DNA from: Octopus vulgaris
Taxonomy: Eukaryota
NCBI GenBank assembly: GCA_951406725.2
Contig: OX597830.1
Location: forward strand, 71,052,001-71,116,000
DNA: 64,000 nt
Direction: 5' to 3'
Made by a program: the position numbers and the translations under genes. Positions within the stretch are counted from its first letter, which is position 1, and every line of letters begins with the position of its first letter. Positions 1-13,797 of this stretch are shown piece by piece. The notes below the pieces were generated by a model that was given only the letters and a program-made list of their open reading frames with translations, searched no databases and had not been told where the DNA came from.

Positions 1-400
1 AGTTGTCGGCTGGTCATCTACTCCTCATTTCGAGCATTGAACGACAATATGTGTCTTCGAAGGCAGTTGCTCCCTCAAAAGCCAAAATAAAATTTGGGAT
101 TTAGGGAGGGTCAAAGTTGGTAGCAAAAACAGGAACGTGGAGACATACAACGAAACCGAACGAAAACAAATATGGAGGTCGCTAGACAGAGACGAAAGTA
201 AAATAGCGAACGCCGGAGAAATATTTTCTTTGACAAGAGAAAAGATAGAAGAGAGAGATAGGTAGGATACCTGCAGGCTTTACGACAACCGTGAAGTAAA
301 AGGAAGATGATCACGTGAAGAAAAGAAAGACATATGTGTGTGTGTGTGCGTGTGTGTGTGTGTGTGTGAGTGTGTGTGTATGTATGTTTGTGTGTGTGTA

Positions 401-806
401 GTCGCAGGAGTTGCTGTGTGGTAAGTAGCTTGCTTACCAACCACATGGTTTCAGGTTCAGTCCCACTGCGTGGCACGTTGGGCAAGTGTCTTCTACTATA
501 GCCCCGGGCCGACCAAAGCCTTGTGAGTGGATTTGGTAGACGCAAACTGAAAGAAGCCCGTCGTATATATGTATATATATATATGTGTGTGTGGTTGTGT
601 GTCTGTGTTTGTCACCCCAACATAACTTGACAACCGATGCTAGTGTGTTTACGTCCCCGTAACTTAGCGCTTCTGCAAAAAACCCGTGAGAATAAGTACT
701 AGGCTTACAAAGTATAAGTTCTGTGGTCGATTTGCTCGACTAAAAAAGGCGGTGCTCCAGCATGGCCGCAGTCAAATGACTGAAACAAGTAAAAGAGTAA
801 AAGAGA
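401..806 (+). mobile_element. tRNA-derived SINE family A (CORE-like centre, internal TA/TG tract, GTAAAAGA tail)
   Basis: A-box-like GCTGTGTGG, B-box GGTTCAGTCCC, TTGGGCAAGT motif; ~10 copies in the window. Confidence 0.85.
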
Positions 807-1060
807 GAATATATATATCTTCAGTCATAAATGACCATTGGTTTGCACCTAGAATGTTCCCTTCCGAGGCGCAAACAATTTTGGGGAGAACCAGCGGTCA
901 CCCATCGACACCAGTCTTCCCTTTCCACGTCACCGATGTTATCCAAGGGAAAGGCAAAGGGGCCGATACAGCTTGGCACCAATGTCCTCGCAACTCATTT
1001 CTACAGTTGAGTGAATTGGAGCAACGTGAAATAAAGTGTCTTGCTCAAGAACACCATACA

Positions 1061-1231
1061 GGCGCAGGAGTGGCTGTGTGGTAATTAGCTTGCTAACCAA
1101 CCACATGATTCCGGGTTCAGTCCCACTGAGTGGCACCTTGGGCAAGTGTCTTCTGCTATAGCCCCGGGCCGACCAATGCCTCGTGAGTGGATTTGGTAGA
1201 CGGAAACTTAAAGAAGCCCGTCGTATATATG

Positions 1232-1264
<33 letters not shown>

Positions 1265-1493
1265 ATGTGTGTTTGTGTGTCTGTTTGTCCCCCTAGCATT
1301 GCTTGACAACAGATGCTGGTGTATTTACGTCCCCGTCACTTAGCGGCTAGGCAAAAAGAGACCGATAGAATAAGTACTGGGCTTACAAGGAATATATCCA
1401 GGGATCGATTTGCTTGACTAAAGGCGGTGCTCCAGCATGGCCGCAGTCAAATGACTGAAACAAGTAAAAGAGTAAAAGAGAGAGAGTAAAGAG
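1061..1493 (+). mobile_element. SINE family A, inserted into an older minus-strand SINE (~920-1055, resuming ~1494)
   Basis: Full-length match to 401-806. Confidence 0.85.
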
Positions 1494-1640
1494 TCTGGTC
1501 CGTGAATTTCACTCAGTACATCACAATTCTGAGCCCGACGAGCAACTGAGCTATGTGCCTTCACCAACTAATTAGTAATACATAAAAAAATACGCACTCA
1601 TTTTCACACAATCTCACTCGCATAAACAGCTCTAAGAGAA

Positions 1641-1672
<32 letters not shown>

Positions 1673-2175
1673 AAATACATGGTCATAGACCTCAGAACAA
1701 GTCCACACACACACACACACACACACACGTACACAGTCAAACGGAGAATCGCACAAAACAACATAAAGATGCCTATAGCAGCATACCAAACGCAATTAAT
1801 CTTAACTAAAACACGAATAAAATCTTATATCTATATTGTGAAAGCGTATGAGAGTGCGTCTATGTTCTATGTATAGGTGTATGCAAATGTTAAGTTGATT
1901 GTTTTAACGCAAGTTTACGAATAAAACCGTGTTATTTATTGAGGTGTGAATTCAATATTGAAAGTAAAAAGAAATTTGTTGTAAAATACGTGAGATAGGG
2001 GATGAAGGCTAAAAGAATCTGTGGTTGGGAAGGGTTTTAGGGGAAGCATAAAACCACAGCCAAAATGTTATATAAGTGTATGCGTGTGTGTGTTAATGTG
2101 TGTGTACATGTGTGTGTCGTATATATGTGGTATATATGCGCATGAGTGAGTGTGCATATATATACACAACTGCAC

Positions 2176-2217
<42 letters not shown>

Positions 2218-2270
2218 CACGTTACACATACACATATATATGCCGGGCGAAATGCGTAGCCGTATATATA

Positions 2271-2598
2271 GGCGCAGGAGTGGCTGTATGGTAAGTAGCT
2301 TGTTTACCAACCCCATGGTTCCGGGTTCAGTCCCACTGCGTGGCACCTTGGGCAAGTGTCTTCTACTATAGCCTCGGGCCGACCAGAGCCTTGTGAGTGG
2401 ATTTGGTAGACGGAAACTGAAAGAAGCCCGTCGTATATATGTATATATATATGCGTGTGTGTGTTTGTGTGTGTGTGTTTGTCCACCTAGAATAAGTACT
2501 GGGCTTACAAAAGAATAAGTCCCGGGGTCGAGTTGCTCGATTAAAGGCGGTGCTCCAGCATGGCCGCAGTGACTGAAACAAGTAAAAGAGTAAAAGAG
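2271..2598 (+). mobile_element. SINE family A with internal deletion
   Basis: Match to family A; preceded by a family B head fragment at 2242-2264. Confidence 0.85.
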
Positions 2599-2660
2599 TA
2601 TATATATATATATATACGGAGAGTGTGACGCGGAAGTAGGACAAATAAGTAGTTAGTGTT

Positions 2661-2730
<70 letters not shown>

Positions 2731-2957
2731 TATAGATAGATAGATTACTACATTGCTGACGGGTTTACGGGGTTGACTCTGTTTCGATCGTAGGCGATTT
2801 GTTGAATATCCGTTTCAGAAGAGAGTCAGCTAGGATTCAATGAGAGATCCCTTAATGGTAGTAATGATACTTGTAGTTCTGGTAATAACATTGGAAAAAA
2901 AGGGATGTGATATTCATACCGCCATTTATATACCTATGTATTTATATATATGTATAT

Positions 2958-3048
2958 AAAATTAACAGAATGAGATAAAAATCCAAGTCTGTGAAAGATT
3001 TCAGAAATATTTCACAGACTTGGATTTTTATCTCATTCTGTTAATTTT
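2958..3048. repeat. Near-perfect ~91-bp palindrome embedded in TA-rich sequence
   Basis: Arms 2958-2996 and 3010-3048; pairing continues to centre 3003 with one mismatch. Confidence 0.9.
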
Positions 3049-3213
3049 TTATATATATGCATACTAATATATAACCTACGTTGGACTCCTCATTCGCATA
3101 ATCACCGAACCTGGAGCTTAATTATAGTCTGTCCATAGCACTTGATCAGCTTTACCTGACACATCTGGATCTTCTTGACACCACTACCTCTCATAACCTA
3201 CATATATATATAA

Positions 3214-3338
3214 TAATCAGCCGAAATTGCGAGGATGATCCGGTTCTTGACTGAAGATTGAAGACTTCGAATGTCCCGTCCGTGTTTTTTGTAGTGTCTT
3301 CTAAATATTTTACGTTCTTGTCCCAGTTTGTATTTTTC

Positions 3339-3345
<7 letters not shown>
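3214..3345 (+). mobile_element. TA-associated interspersed repeat family P1 (CGAAA...GACTGAAGA motif)
   Basis: Copies at 44862-44995(+), 45205-45328(-), 46845-47135(-) and a diverged copy at ~62970-63240(-); all end at TA tracts. Confidence 0.75.
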
Positions 3346-3377
<32 letters not shown>

Positions 3378-3419
3378 TACATACACATATATATATGCAT
3401 ATATATGTGTGTATTTACA

Positions 3420-3496
<77 letters not shown>

Positions 3497-3522
3497 GCAT
3501 ATATATATATTCATAAGTATGC

Positions 3523-3553
<31 letters not shown>

Positions 3554-3959
3554 TTATTTATATATACTCGCAGGTATATTATTGATATTTTAGTTGCAAT
3601 TGTTGTTCTTCTTATTATTATTGTTATTATAATTATCATTATCATTATCATCATCATCATCATCATTACCAATTTTAGTGATTCAGGGTCCTGCAATTTC
3701 ATGCATAGCTGTCGTGTAGCAATAGATATAATCCGTAATACTTTTTTTCTCTATTTAGTATTTCTTACACACTTCTACAAAATGAAAGCTACACACATGC
3801 GCGCGCGCATATACTCACCTCTCCCACACACACACACGCACACGCACACACACGCTCACACACGCACATATACACACACGTTCACTCTCTATCTCCTGCA
3901 CACCCTCTCTCTCCCTCCCAGACTAACTCTCTCTCGCACTCTCACTAAATGTATATATT

Positions 3960-4063
<104 letters not shown>

Positions 4064-4625
4064 CATACATATATACATATATACATACATATATGCACAC
4101 ATATGTGTGTACACATACACAGAATTATCTATCTATTTTTATATACATCCCTCTTGTCCTCTCTCTCTCTCTCTCTTTCAGACACACACACACACACGTA
4201 CTAACACACTCACACACATACACACATATATGTATGTTCGTGTGTGGGCACGTATGTAAGTGTATATATATATACATGCATACATGCCCCCACACAGATC
4301 TACACACATGATAACATGCATACATAAGTACATGCAAACACTGAAGCCTTCATGTATTTCAAGAAAAAAATTTAGATTTAGTCTAGGGAAGAACAGAATG
4401 TACACATTTTGATCGAACACACTGCAACAGAAGGTGATGTTAACGAATATAGTCGGCTACAATGAGTCGAAGCACTGCATTTCTTCAATCTTCTGCTGCT
4501 AGAAAATGGAGACTGTCAATAGCTGTTGCAGTCTTACTTTCATGTATAGAGTATATTCATGTATTATAGAATACAGTGTTGTTCCGCGGATATCTATCTA
4601 TGTATAAATGAATGCATGTATTATG

Positions 4626-5368
4626 AAGGCGGCGATCTGGCAGTATCGTTAGCACGCCGGGTGAAATGCCTAGCAGTATTTCGTCTGTCTTTATGTTCTG
4701 AGTTCAAATTCCGCCGAGGTAGGACTTTGCCTTTCATCCTTTCGGATTCGATTAAATATGTACCAGTTACGCACTGGGGTCGACTTAATCCGTTTGTCTG
4801 TCCTTGTTTGTTCCCTCTGTGTTTAGCCCCTTGTGGGTAGTAAAGAAATAGGTATTTCGTCTGTTCAAATTCCACCGAGGTCGACTTTGCCTTTCATCCT
4901 TTCGGGATCGATAAATTAAGTACCAGTTGCTTACTGGGGTCGATGTAATCGACTTAATCCGTTTATCTGTCCTTGTTTGTCCACTCTGTGTTTAGCCCCT
5001 TGTGGGTTGTAAAGAAATAGGTATTTCGTCTGTCTTTACGTTCAGAGTTCAAATTCCACCGAGGTCGACTTTGCCTTTCATCCTTTCGGGATCGATAAAT
5101 TAAGTACCAGTTGCTTACTGGGGTCGATGTAATCGACTTAATCCGTTTATCTGTCCTTGTTTGTCCACTCTGTGTTTAGCCCCTTGTGGGTAGTAAAGAA
5201 ATAGGTATTTCGTCTGCCGCTACGTTCTGAGTTCAAATTTCACCGAGGTCGACTTTACCTTTCATCCTTTCGGGGTCGATAAATTAAGTACCAGTTGCTT
5301 ACTGGGGTCGACTTAATCGACTGGCTCCCACCCCCACAAATGTTTGGCCTTGTGCCTAAATTAGAAAA
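4626..5368 (+). mobile_element. tRNA-derived SINE family B (Meta-domain-like centre), 4-unit multimer
   Basis: Head GGCGGCGATCTGGCAG, B-box GAGTTCAAATTCC, core GTCGACTTTGCCTTTCATCCTTTCGGGGTCGAT...AAGTACCAG; units restart at 4852, 5021, 5205; 16-bp TSD 4610-25/5369-84 (1 mismatch). Confidence 0.85.
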
Positions 5369-5379
5369 GAATGTATGTA

Positions 5380-5686
5380 TTATGTCATTATTTAATTTCA
5401 TTTCAAGATTTCTTGACAATAGGGAAGGAAACGGTTTCTATTCTAGATCCAAAGCTCCTTCATTGGAATTACATCAACACCAGGGTATTTTTGTTTGTAT
5501 CTATGTATGTATGCATGTATATATGTATACGTGTAGACTTAGACTTGTATGTTTTGTCTTCTCATGCATATACCTACAAATCTCATTTTGTTCATATATA
5601 TAGAAATGATAAACTTCCGGAAAGTTTCACAGATTTTTACAGTTCCAGTGATGGCTTGGCTCTGTAGTCTTCGAATCAGCTTTCTC
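5380..5686 (-). mobile_element. Third RLE retrotransposon 3' fragment
   Basis: [27 protein letters not shown]; both ends abut (ATAC)-type repeats. Confidence 0.7.
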
Positions 5687-6410
5687 ATGTATGTATGTAT
5701 GTATGTATGTATGTATGTATGTATGTATGTATGTATGTATGTATGCATGCATGTATGTATGTATGTATGCATGCATGCATGTATGTATATATATATATGT
5801 CGCTTCGTATATATCTGTATATGTATGTATATCCTCTTCATCACCACCATCAATACCATCACCAACATCATCATCAACAGCAGCACTATTATCATCAGCC
5901 AGACAAAACGACACTTGAGCAATCCATCAAAGTAGTATGTGCGTGCGCAGATGTGTAAGCGTGTGTGTATGCGTGAGTGAGTGCATACGTGTGTATGTAT
6001 GTATGTATGTATGTATGTATGTATGTATGTATGTATGTATGTATGTATGTATGTATGTATGTATGTATGTATGTATGTATGTATGTATGTATGTATGTAT
6101 GTACGTACGTACGTATGTATGTATGTATGTACGTACGTATGTATGTATGTATGTTTGTATGTATGTATGTATATATGTATGTATGTATGTACATATGTAT
6201 GTATGCATGTATGTATATATATATGTATCTATGAATGTACGTACGTATGTATGTATGTATGTTTGTATGTATGCATGTATGTATGTACGTACGTATGTAT
6301 GTCTGTCTGTATGTATGTATGTATGTACGTACGTACGTATGTATATATGTATGTAAGTATGTATGTTTGCATGTATGTATGTATGTATGTAAGTATGTAT
6401 GTATGCGTGT
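5687..6410. repeat. (TATG)n microsatellite field
   Basis: Direct reading. Confidence 0.95.
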
Positions 6411-6793
6411 ATGTGTGCGCTTGTGAGTGCGTGCGTGTGTGTGTATTTTAGTAAGTAAATACTCTTTTATATATATTGATGAATAAATGATGAAAACAGG
6501 ATATTAATCAGCAGATTTTCCAATAACCGACAAATCACCGATCAGTAACGTGTCAAAGATTACTGGTATCGACCAATCAGTTTTCAGAAAAGTCAGTCAA
6601 AACATTCATTCTGCTGCTTCACATTCTTCTACACAATAACTTTAATTTCTACAGTGAATTCTACATTCTAATTGATAGGAAGTTTACCGAAACACTATAA
6701 ATCATATTCCAGATGAATTTACATATATATTGCCTGCCAGTTACCATTGTGTTTGGTATTATTATTATCAATATCATTATTATGATTATTATG

Positions 6794-6843
<50 letters not shown>

Positions 6844-6949
6844 CATCATCATCATCATCATCATCATTATTATTATTATTATTATTATTATCATTATTAT
6901 TATTATTATTATTATCATCATCATCATCATCATTATTGTTATTGTTAAG

Positions 6950-8050
6950 GAAGGAGAGCAGGGTAATAGAATGGCAAAATCGTTAAAGCGTTGGTTGAAA
7001 TGCCGTGCGGTATAGGTTTTGGCATTTTATGTTCTCAGTTCAAATCCTGCCGAGGCCACCTTTGTCTTTCAGTGATAAAATAAAGTACTATTCAAGATCG
7101 TTGGCCGTGTTCTTAAACCAGAATCTATTATTAAAGAATGAGGTATAGTTGGTGGGTTGGCAGAATCGTTAGGGCGATGTACATTTGTTCTCGCTGGTTA
7201 CGTTCTGAGTTCAAATCTGGGCGAAATCGACTTTACGATTCGTACTTTTGGGGGTCAATGAAATAATGGTTTCAAATTTTGGCACAGGGCCAGCAATGTT
7301 TGAAGGAAGGTAGGTAGTCGATTACATCGACCAGTAATCATTTTATCTAACTCCGAAAGGATGAAAGGCAAAGTCGCCCTCTTCGGAATTTAAACTCAGA
7401 ACCTAAAGGCGATGTGCTGCTAAGAATTTTGTCCAGTGTGGTAACGGTTCTTCCAGCTTGCCGCCTGTAATCGATGAATTAAAATACCAATCAAGTACGG
7501 GAGGCGATAGTATCGATTAACAGTTACCCGTCAAAATTGCTGGCCTTGTTTCTAAATTAGAAACTAGTATTGAGGAGTAAGAGGTGTTTGATGGAGTGGC
7601 TGAACAGTTAACAACGCCGGACAATTGCTCCCACTGCATAGGTTCTAAGTTCAGATCCAGCCGAAGTAGTGGCAGAGTCGATAAAAATCAACCTATGCAC
7701 TCACCCTATGACTTTGCCTTTTACAAAATTTGAAAGAATTGATAAGAAAAGTGTGGAGGATGATAGAATGGTAAAATCGTAAGAGCGTCGGCTAAAAATA
7801 CCTTTGTTGTATATATTCCGGATTTTTATGTTCAAGTGTTGGGGTCGATATTTTCAACTATTCCCGTACTCCAAATTCCAATCCTCTTACCTATATTAGT
7901 TTCTGCTATAGGCGCAAGGCCTGAAATTTTGGGCGAGGGGAATAGTCACTTCGGTACTTATTTTATCGACCCCCGAAAGGCTGAAAAGCAAAGCCGAACT
8001 CAAATGTAAATTCTAACAAAATGTCGCAAAGCATTTTGTCCGGTATACTA
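6950..8050. mobile_element. Cluster of old, diverged family B SINE monomers on both strands
   Basis: Repeated degenerate head/core/tail motifs; similar clusters at 34180-34755, 37010-37680, 41690-41990 and single copies at 30700-30905, 39380-39590, 54910-55115, 58220-58420, 59595-59770. Confidence 0.7.
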
Positions 8051-8056
8051 TCAATT

Positions 8057-8452
8057 CTTATTTCGTTATTGCCCACAAGGGGCTAAAGATAGAGGGGACA
8101 AAGAAGAATTAAATCGACCCCAGTGCGTAACTGGTACTTAATTTATCGACCCCCTAAAGGATGAAAGGCAAAGTTGACCTCGGCGGAATTTGAACTCAGA
8201 ACGTAGCGGCAGACGAAATACCTATTTCTTTACTACCCACAAGGGGCTAAACACAGAGGGTCAAACAAGGACAGACAAACGGATTAAGTCGATTACATCG
8301 AACCCAGTACGTAACTGTTACTTAATTTATCGACCCCGAAAGGATGAAAGGCAAAATCGACCTCGGCGGAATTTGAACTCTGATCGAAACGGCAGACGAA
8401 ATACGGCTACACATTTCGCCATGCGTGCTAACGTTCTGCCAGCTCACCGCCT
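8057..8452 (-). mobile_element. SINE family B, 2-unit multimer
   Basis: Reverse complement of the 51351 copy; single-unit copy at 25870-26095(-). Confidence 0.85.
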
Positions 8453-8988
8453 TACACGCATCTATATATATGTATGTCCTCTCTCTCTCTTTTCCATTTA
8501 GAGTTTATTTTGACCGGCCACCTGCTTGATAGCTGCAAGTTTTTGAAGAAAATTATTTTGTTTTGTTCTTGGACGAAATACTTTAAAATTCCTTCCAGTA
8601 CTTGTTCCGGCTTATTACGCTTTGAATTCCAGTTTCGCAGAGGTTGTCTTGGCTTTTTCATCATACCAAGTCAGTAAAGTATTGTACCAATGGAATACTG
8701 ACGTCGATCTAATTTAAATGTCATTTAGGAGGGTGAGAATGTGGAGAATGAAGTTTTGCTCTTCAGTAAACCTGATGAAACCTGAGAGTAAGAAGATACT
8801 TCTAATCTCATTTTTGTTTTGTAATTTCGTAGCAGGAAGAGGGCGTTTACTTTCATGTTTACGAGTATTTAGGGATTTGTAGGGTGTGTATTATTTTTCT
8901 CTTTGCAATTTTTATGATGATTATTATGTCGACGAGCATAAGGTGTATGATGATAATATTGTTAATGATGATGGTAATGTTGATGATT

Positions 8989-9038
<50 letters not shown>

Positions 9039-9311
9039 CATTGCAATGACCACAACGATAATGACATCGACAATAACAGTGATGACGCTCATAATTTAAT
9101 ATTGATGATGACAGTGATGATAATAATGGTTGTGACTTTGATGACGATGATGAGGATGATGGTGTTGATTATCATTTTGATGTTGACGAGGAGGATGAAA
9201 TCTATAATGATAGCAATGTCATTGGCAACAACTACGATGATTGTGATGACGCTTAATCAATTGTGATGGTAACTTATGACTAAGCGTACTCCAGCTGTGA
9301 CCATCCCTTTT

Positions 9312-10111
9312 CTTGAGAAATTTGGCTTTTCAAATCCAAAATGGAGAAAGCTCACTCGAACTCTACAGATACAATTCATTACTGGAACTGTAAAAATCTG
9401 TAAAACTTTCCATAAGTTTATCATTCAAATATATATTAGCATGTCTACATATGCAACTATATGCATGAGAATACATACATAAAGCAAAATATATAAATCC
9501 GCACATATACATATATCCATCCATCCATCCATCCATCCATCCATCCATCCATCCATCCATCCATCCATCCATCCATACATACATACATACATACATACAT
9601 ACAAAAGTAACCTCTTGTTGATGTTGAAATTCTAATGAAGGAGACTTGAATCTTGGTTAGATACTGGATCTTTCTCTATTGGCAAGAAATCTTTATATAT
9701 AAAAGTGAGGTTGTGTGCTGTCTTTCTCCTACGATTTAGATTCCTAACTACTCCCACATTTTGCGGTGCAGTTTAACCAAAACCGGGTATCTTATAGTCG
9801 TGATTCATATCGAGCCCTTCTGGGTATTAGTGCGCGTCTACGATGAGTCTACGATTAAAAAAAAATTTCCCATCAATTTTTCCCATTTTTAATGCATTTT
9901 TGGCATATATAAGGGAAGTAACTCTCTAAAAAATTATTATTAATTCACAGAACGTAAAAAGCTACAGTAACACCCCCCCCCTTTGTGGTTAGCCATATTG
10001 AGATGGCTATTATACTTCACATCTCTATAAATGCTTATATAGTTATTTACCTTACAAACCCGAGCAACGCCGGGCGATACTGCGAGTCTTGAAATAAAAC
10101 TGAACAATGAC
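9312..10111 (+). mobile_element. Second RLE retrotransposon 3' fragment, interrupted by the Helitron
   Basis: [38 protein letters not shown] and the same 3' UTR. Confidence 0.7.
9690..10086 (+). mobile_element. Non-autonomous Helitron
   Basis: A|TC 5' end (TCTTTATATATAAAAG); 3' hairpin CCCGAGCAACGCCGGG 10059-74; ends CGAG|T; no TSD; splits host repeat ggcaagaaa|tcttgaaat exactly. Confidence 0.85.
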
Positions 10112-10698
10112 ATACAGACATACTACAACCTTTTTTTTTCAAATTCCGTCTACCAAAGCCACATATTGGCTGACCTGAATGCTATAATAGAAGACACTCG
10201 CTTTAAGTTGCCACGTAGTGGGAAGGGAAGGAATCTGGTACTACGTGGTTGGGATGCAAGCTTTTTGCCACATAGCCACACCTGCGACCAAAAGCCCAAA
10301 CAGAAATGCTAGCCATGGAAGAGCTGTTAAAACGGTATTACTGGTTCGTGATAAACTCGGAAGTAGTGAGATACAGTCATAAAGACAGCTTCATTATGCA
10401 CGCACGCGTACGTTGTCCGAGCATTGCTGGTATGTGGAGCTGCACAAATCAGCAATGTTCCAAAAGCTGTTATATTTGTAGGAATGAAACGGTTTATCGG
10501 CTGAATGCATCGTGATTATGCTCCATTACCTTTATTTGACCATAAAGGACAAGATCTTTCCGTCTATCTGGTCTATTTCTTGCCTCTAGCCAAAGAGCTT
10601 GCAGGGATGCGATTAAAACGACCTAAGACAAACGCTTTCTTTTCCGACTACGTTTGTATTAATTGATTCAAGTTGCACTTAAAAAGAAAAGTGAACGT

Positions 10699-11110
10699 GG
10701 GAGTGGCTGTGTGGTAAGTAGCTTGCTTACCAACCACATGGTTCCGGGTTCAGTCCCACTGCGTGGCACCTTGGGCAAGTGTCTTCTACTATAGCCTCGG
10801 GCTGACCAAAGCCTTGTGAGTGGATTTGGTAGACGGAAACTGAAAGAAGCCCGTCGTATATATGTATATATATATGTGTGTGTGCGTGCATGTTTGTGTG
10901 TCTGTGTTTGTCAACCCTAGCATTGCTTGACAACGAATGCTGGTGTGTTTACGTCACCGTCACTTAGCGGTTCGGCAAAACAGACCGATAGAATAAGTAC
11001 TGGGCTTATAAAGAATAAGTCCCGGGGTCGAGTTGCTCGACTAAAGTCGGTGCTCCAGCATGGCTGCAGTCAACTGACTGAAACAAGCAAAGGAGGAAAG
11101 GAGTAAGGAG
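10699..11110 (+). mobile_element. SINE family A
   Basis: Near full-length match. Confidence 0.85.
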
Positions 11111-11598
11111 TGGAGTATAAGTTTGTTGAAAGATAAGCGAGAGTGACAAGTATGGCTGAAGCAAATGAACATAATATCTATAAGCACCAGAATGCCAGGT
11201 GAAAACTGCAGGGAGAAAGTATTTGCCCTGAATCTGTACGGTTCCTTATTTAACCTCAGTTGGTTTGTCCCTCTATGAAAACAATTTCACTTCTATTGTC
11301 TGTTACTTTTCATGTCAGATTCTCATAATCAATTTTAAATAAGCCCTCATCGTTTTTGCTGTTCCTTGTCTTGCAATTTCACCACAAACGTCGTCCCTGT
11401 GGCAAATAGAGAAATGCTATTTTTGTTATTAATGTTTTTTTTGTATTTGCGGTTTTCACAATCTCCTTTAGCGGAAGTAATTTTTTCATTCCCGGAAACC
11501 GCAAAAAACACTTCTAACTCTGTACTCTGTATTCGAATTTCCCATACACATCACTTATAGCAAAGAACCAATTTATATTATTATTATCATCATCATCA

Positions 11599-11666
<68 letters not shown>

Positions 11667-11854
11667 TAAATTTATGCATGCAACATCGTGTTTCTTGTTG
11701 TTAATTTAATTTATTTATTTTTTCCTTTTTTAATTTCATTTTACTACTTCAAAAACCACACAACTATGCCAACATGCACAAGAAACTCACCGCCCACGAC
11801 ACAAGTACACATAAACACATGCAAATATACGCACATACATGCATATGGAAATAC

Positions 11855-11902
<48 letters not shown>

Positions 11903-12326
11903 GTGTGTGTGTGTGTCTATACAAATCTACCACTTAGTAAGATGACAGCAGCTTAAAATATTACGTTTCAAAAATACTAATTTTTATCTAAAGAAAAATT
12001 GTATAAAATTTTGAAAAACATGAAAGATAAAAAAATAGGAAAAACAAAAAAATGAAAGAGGGGGGGGGAATAGAAAGGAAGAAAGAAAGAGATAACAAAA
12101 AAGAAAACAAAATACAGAAAAAAATATTTTCTGGACAGAACAAAAAAGAAACCTCCAATAATAATAATAATAATCGTTGAGAAACAAGGAAACCGAAACT
12201 TAGAAATAAACCAGTCTTTTATAACAATATAAGCTGAAAGAAACTGGGAAGAGAAGATATACATTTACATATATACAAAGGCTGATATATATAGACATTC
12301 ATATACATGTATACATACATATACAT

Positions 12327-12371
<45 letters not shown>

Positions 12372-13523
12372 CATATATACATACATACATATATATTTAC
12401 ACACATACACACACATATAATATGGGAGTGAGAATGGGAACAGGAAGGAAAAATTATAGAAAAACGGAAAAGAAGAAGAATGAAAAAGTGAAATAAATAT
12501 ATATATATAAAGAAAGAAGTAAAAGGAAGATAGAAGGACTGACAGAAATGAAGAAAAAAGGAAGGCACGAAGGAAGGAAGATAGGAACGAAGGGAGAAAG
12601 GATGAAAGAAGGAAAGAAAGAAAGAAAGAAAGAAAGAAAGAAATGAAGAAAGAAAGAAAGAAAGGAAGAAAGAAAGAAAGAAAGAAAGAAATAAAGAAAT
12701 GAAGAAGAAAAGGAAGAAAGAAAGAAAGAAAGAGAGAAATAGACGAAGAAGCAAAAAAAGAAAAGAAGAAACAAGGCTTGAAAAAGAAAAAAACAAAAGA
12801 AAAATACATAGAAAGGGAGAAATATAGAAAGTAAACAGTAGAACGAAAACCGAAAGAGAAAGAAGACATGATAAAGAAAAAGATAACAAAGAGAAAAAAA
12901 TTCAGATTTATAAATATGGTAATACTATTCCTTGGAAAAAGATTCTTCCAATAATTTATTTATTTATTTATTTCTTGTAAGGATGCGATGCAAATAATGG
13001 TACTGTCTGCGATTTGGTTCCGGTTAACGGTAGAAGACGTCGCGCAAGGAATGAAGACACGGCGTATCAGGTTTAGTTCTTAAGAAAGTGAGGAGGCCTG
13101 TTCGGTGCATCGTTTAATGTGGCTGCATGATGTGTAGTGTAGAGGATGATGTGTTGTTTGTAGTGTGTGTGTGTGTGGTTTGTGGGGAGGTCGTGCCTGG
13201 AGAGGTGGATCGTGAGTGGGGTTTGGTATTATGCGGTTTTTACCATGTTGTATGTATGTATGTATGTATGAATGGTTGAGAGTGTGTCTCTTCAGTTTTC
13301 AAACCTCGTTAATGTTTCCTAGATTTATAGAATTTGATCGCTGGTGGGGGTTGGACGGAGGGAGTGAGGGTTCACATGATGGATGCCTTGTATGTTTTAA
13401 ACACACTAACACACACACACACGTTCAAACACGTTTACAAATAAATGTGAACTTACATACATATGAATGTATACATACATATATTTATTCGTTCATTTAT
13501 TCATACGTACATACACACATAAC

Positions 13524-13590
<67 letters not shown>

Positions 13591-13733
13591 AATACAAATA
13601 TATGTATACACATATAAAACGTATATATACTTAATATATATCTATAACTATATTATATATATATATATAATATATTTGTATTTGTTCCACGTCCTCGCGT
13701 TGTGTTTCTTTTTTGTGTTTTCGTGTTTGGATT

Positions 13734-13797
<64 letters not shown>

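Noticed and set aside
111-545. Recurrent peptides such as [21 protein letters not shown] and YRPRKDERQSRPRRNLNSER
   Set aside because: Antisense translations of SINE families A and B
4676-5300. Regular repeats resembling a CRISPR array
   Set aside because: Tandem ~184-bp SINE units with no unique spacers; eukaryotic context; no cas genes
8760-8795. CTGATGA / CTGAAGA boxes (also 22375, 25540, 46083)
   Set aside because: No compatible stem II, GAAA and stem I arrangement; such matches are expected by chance
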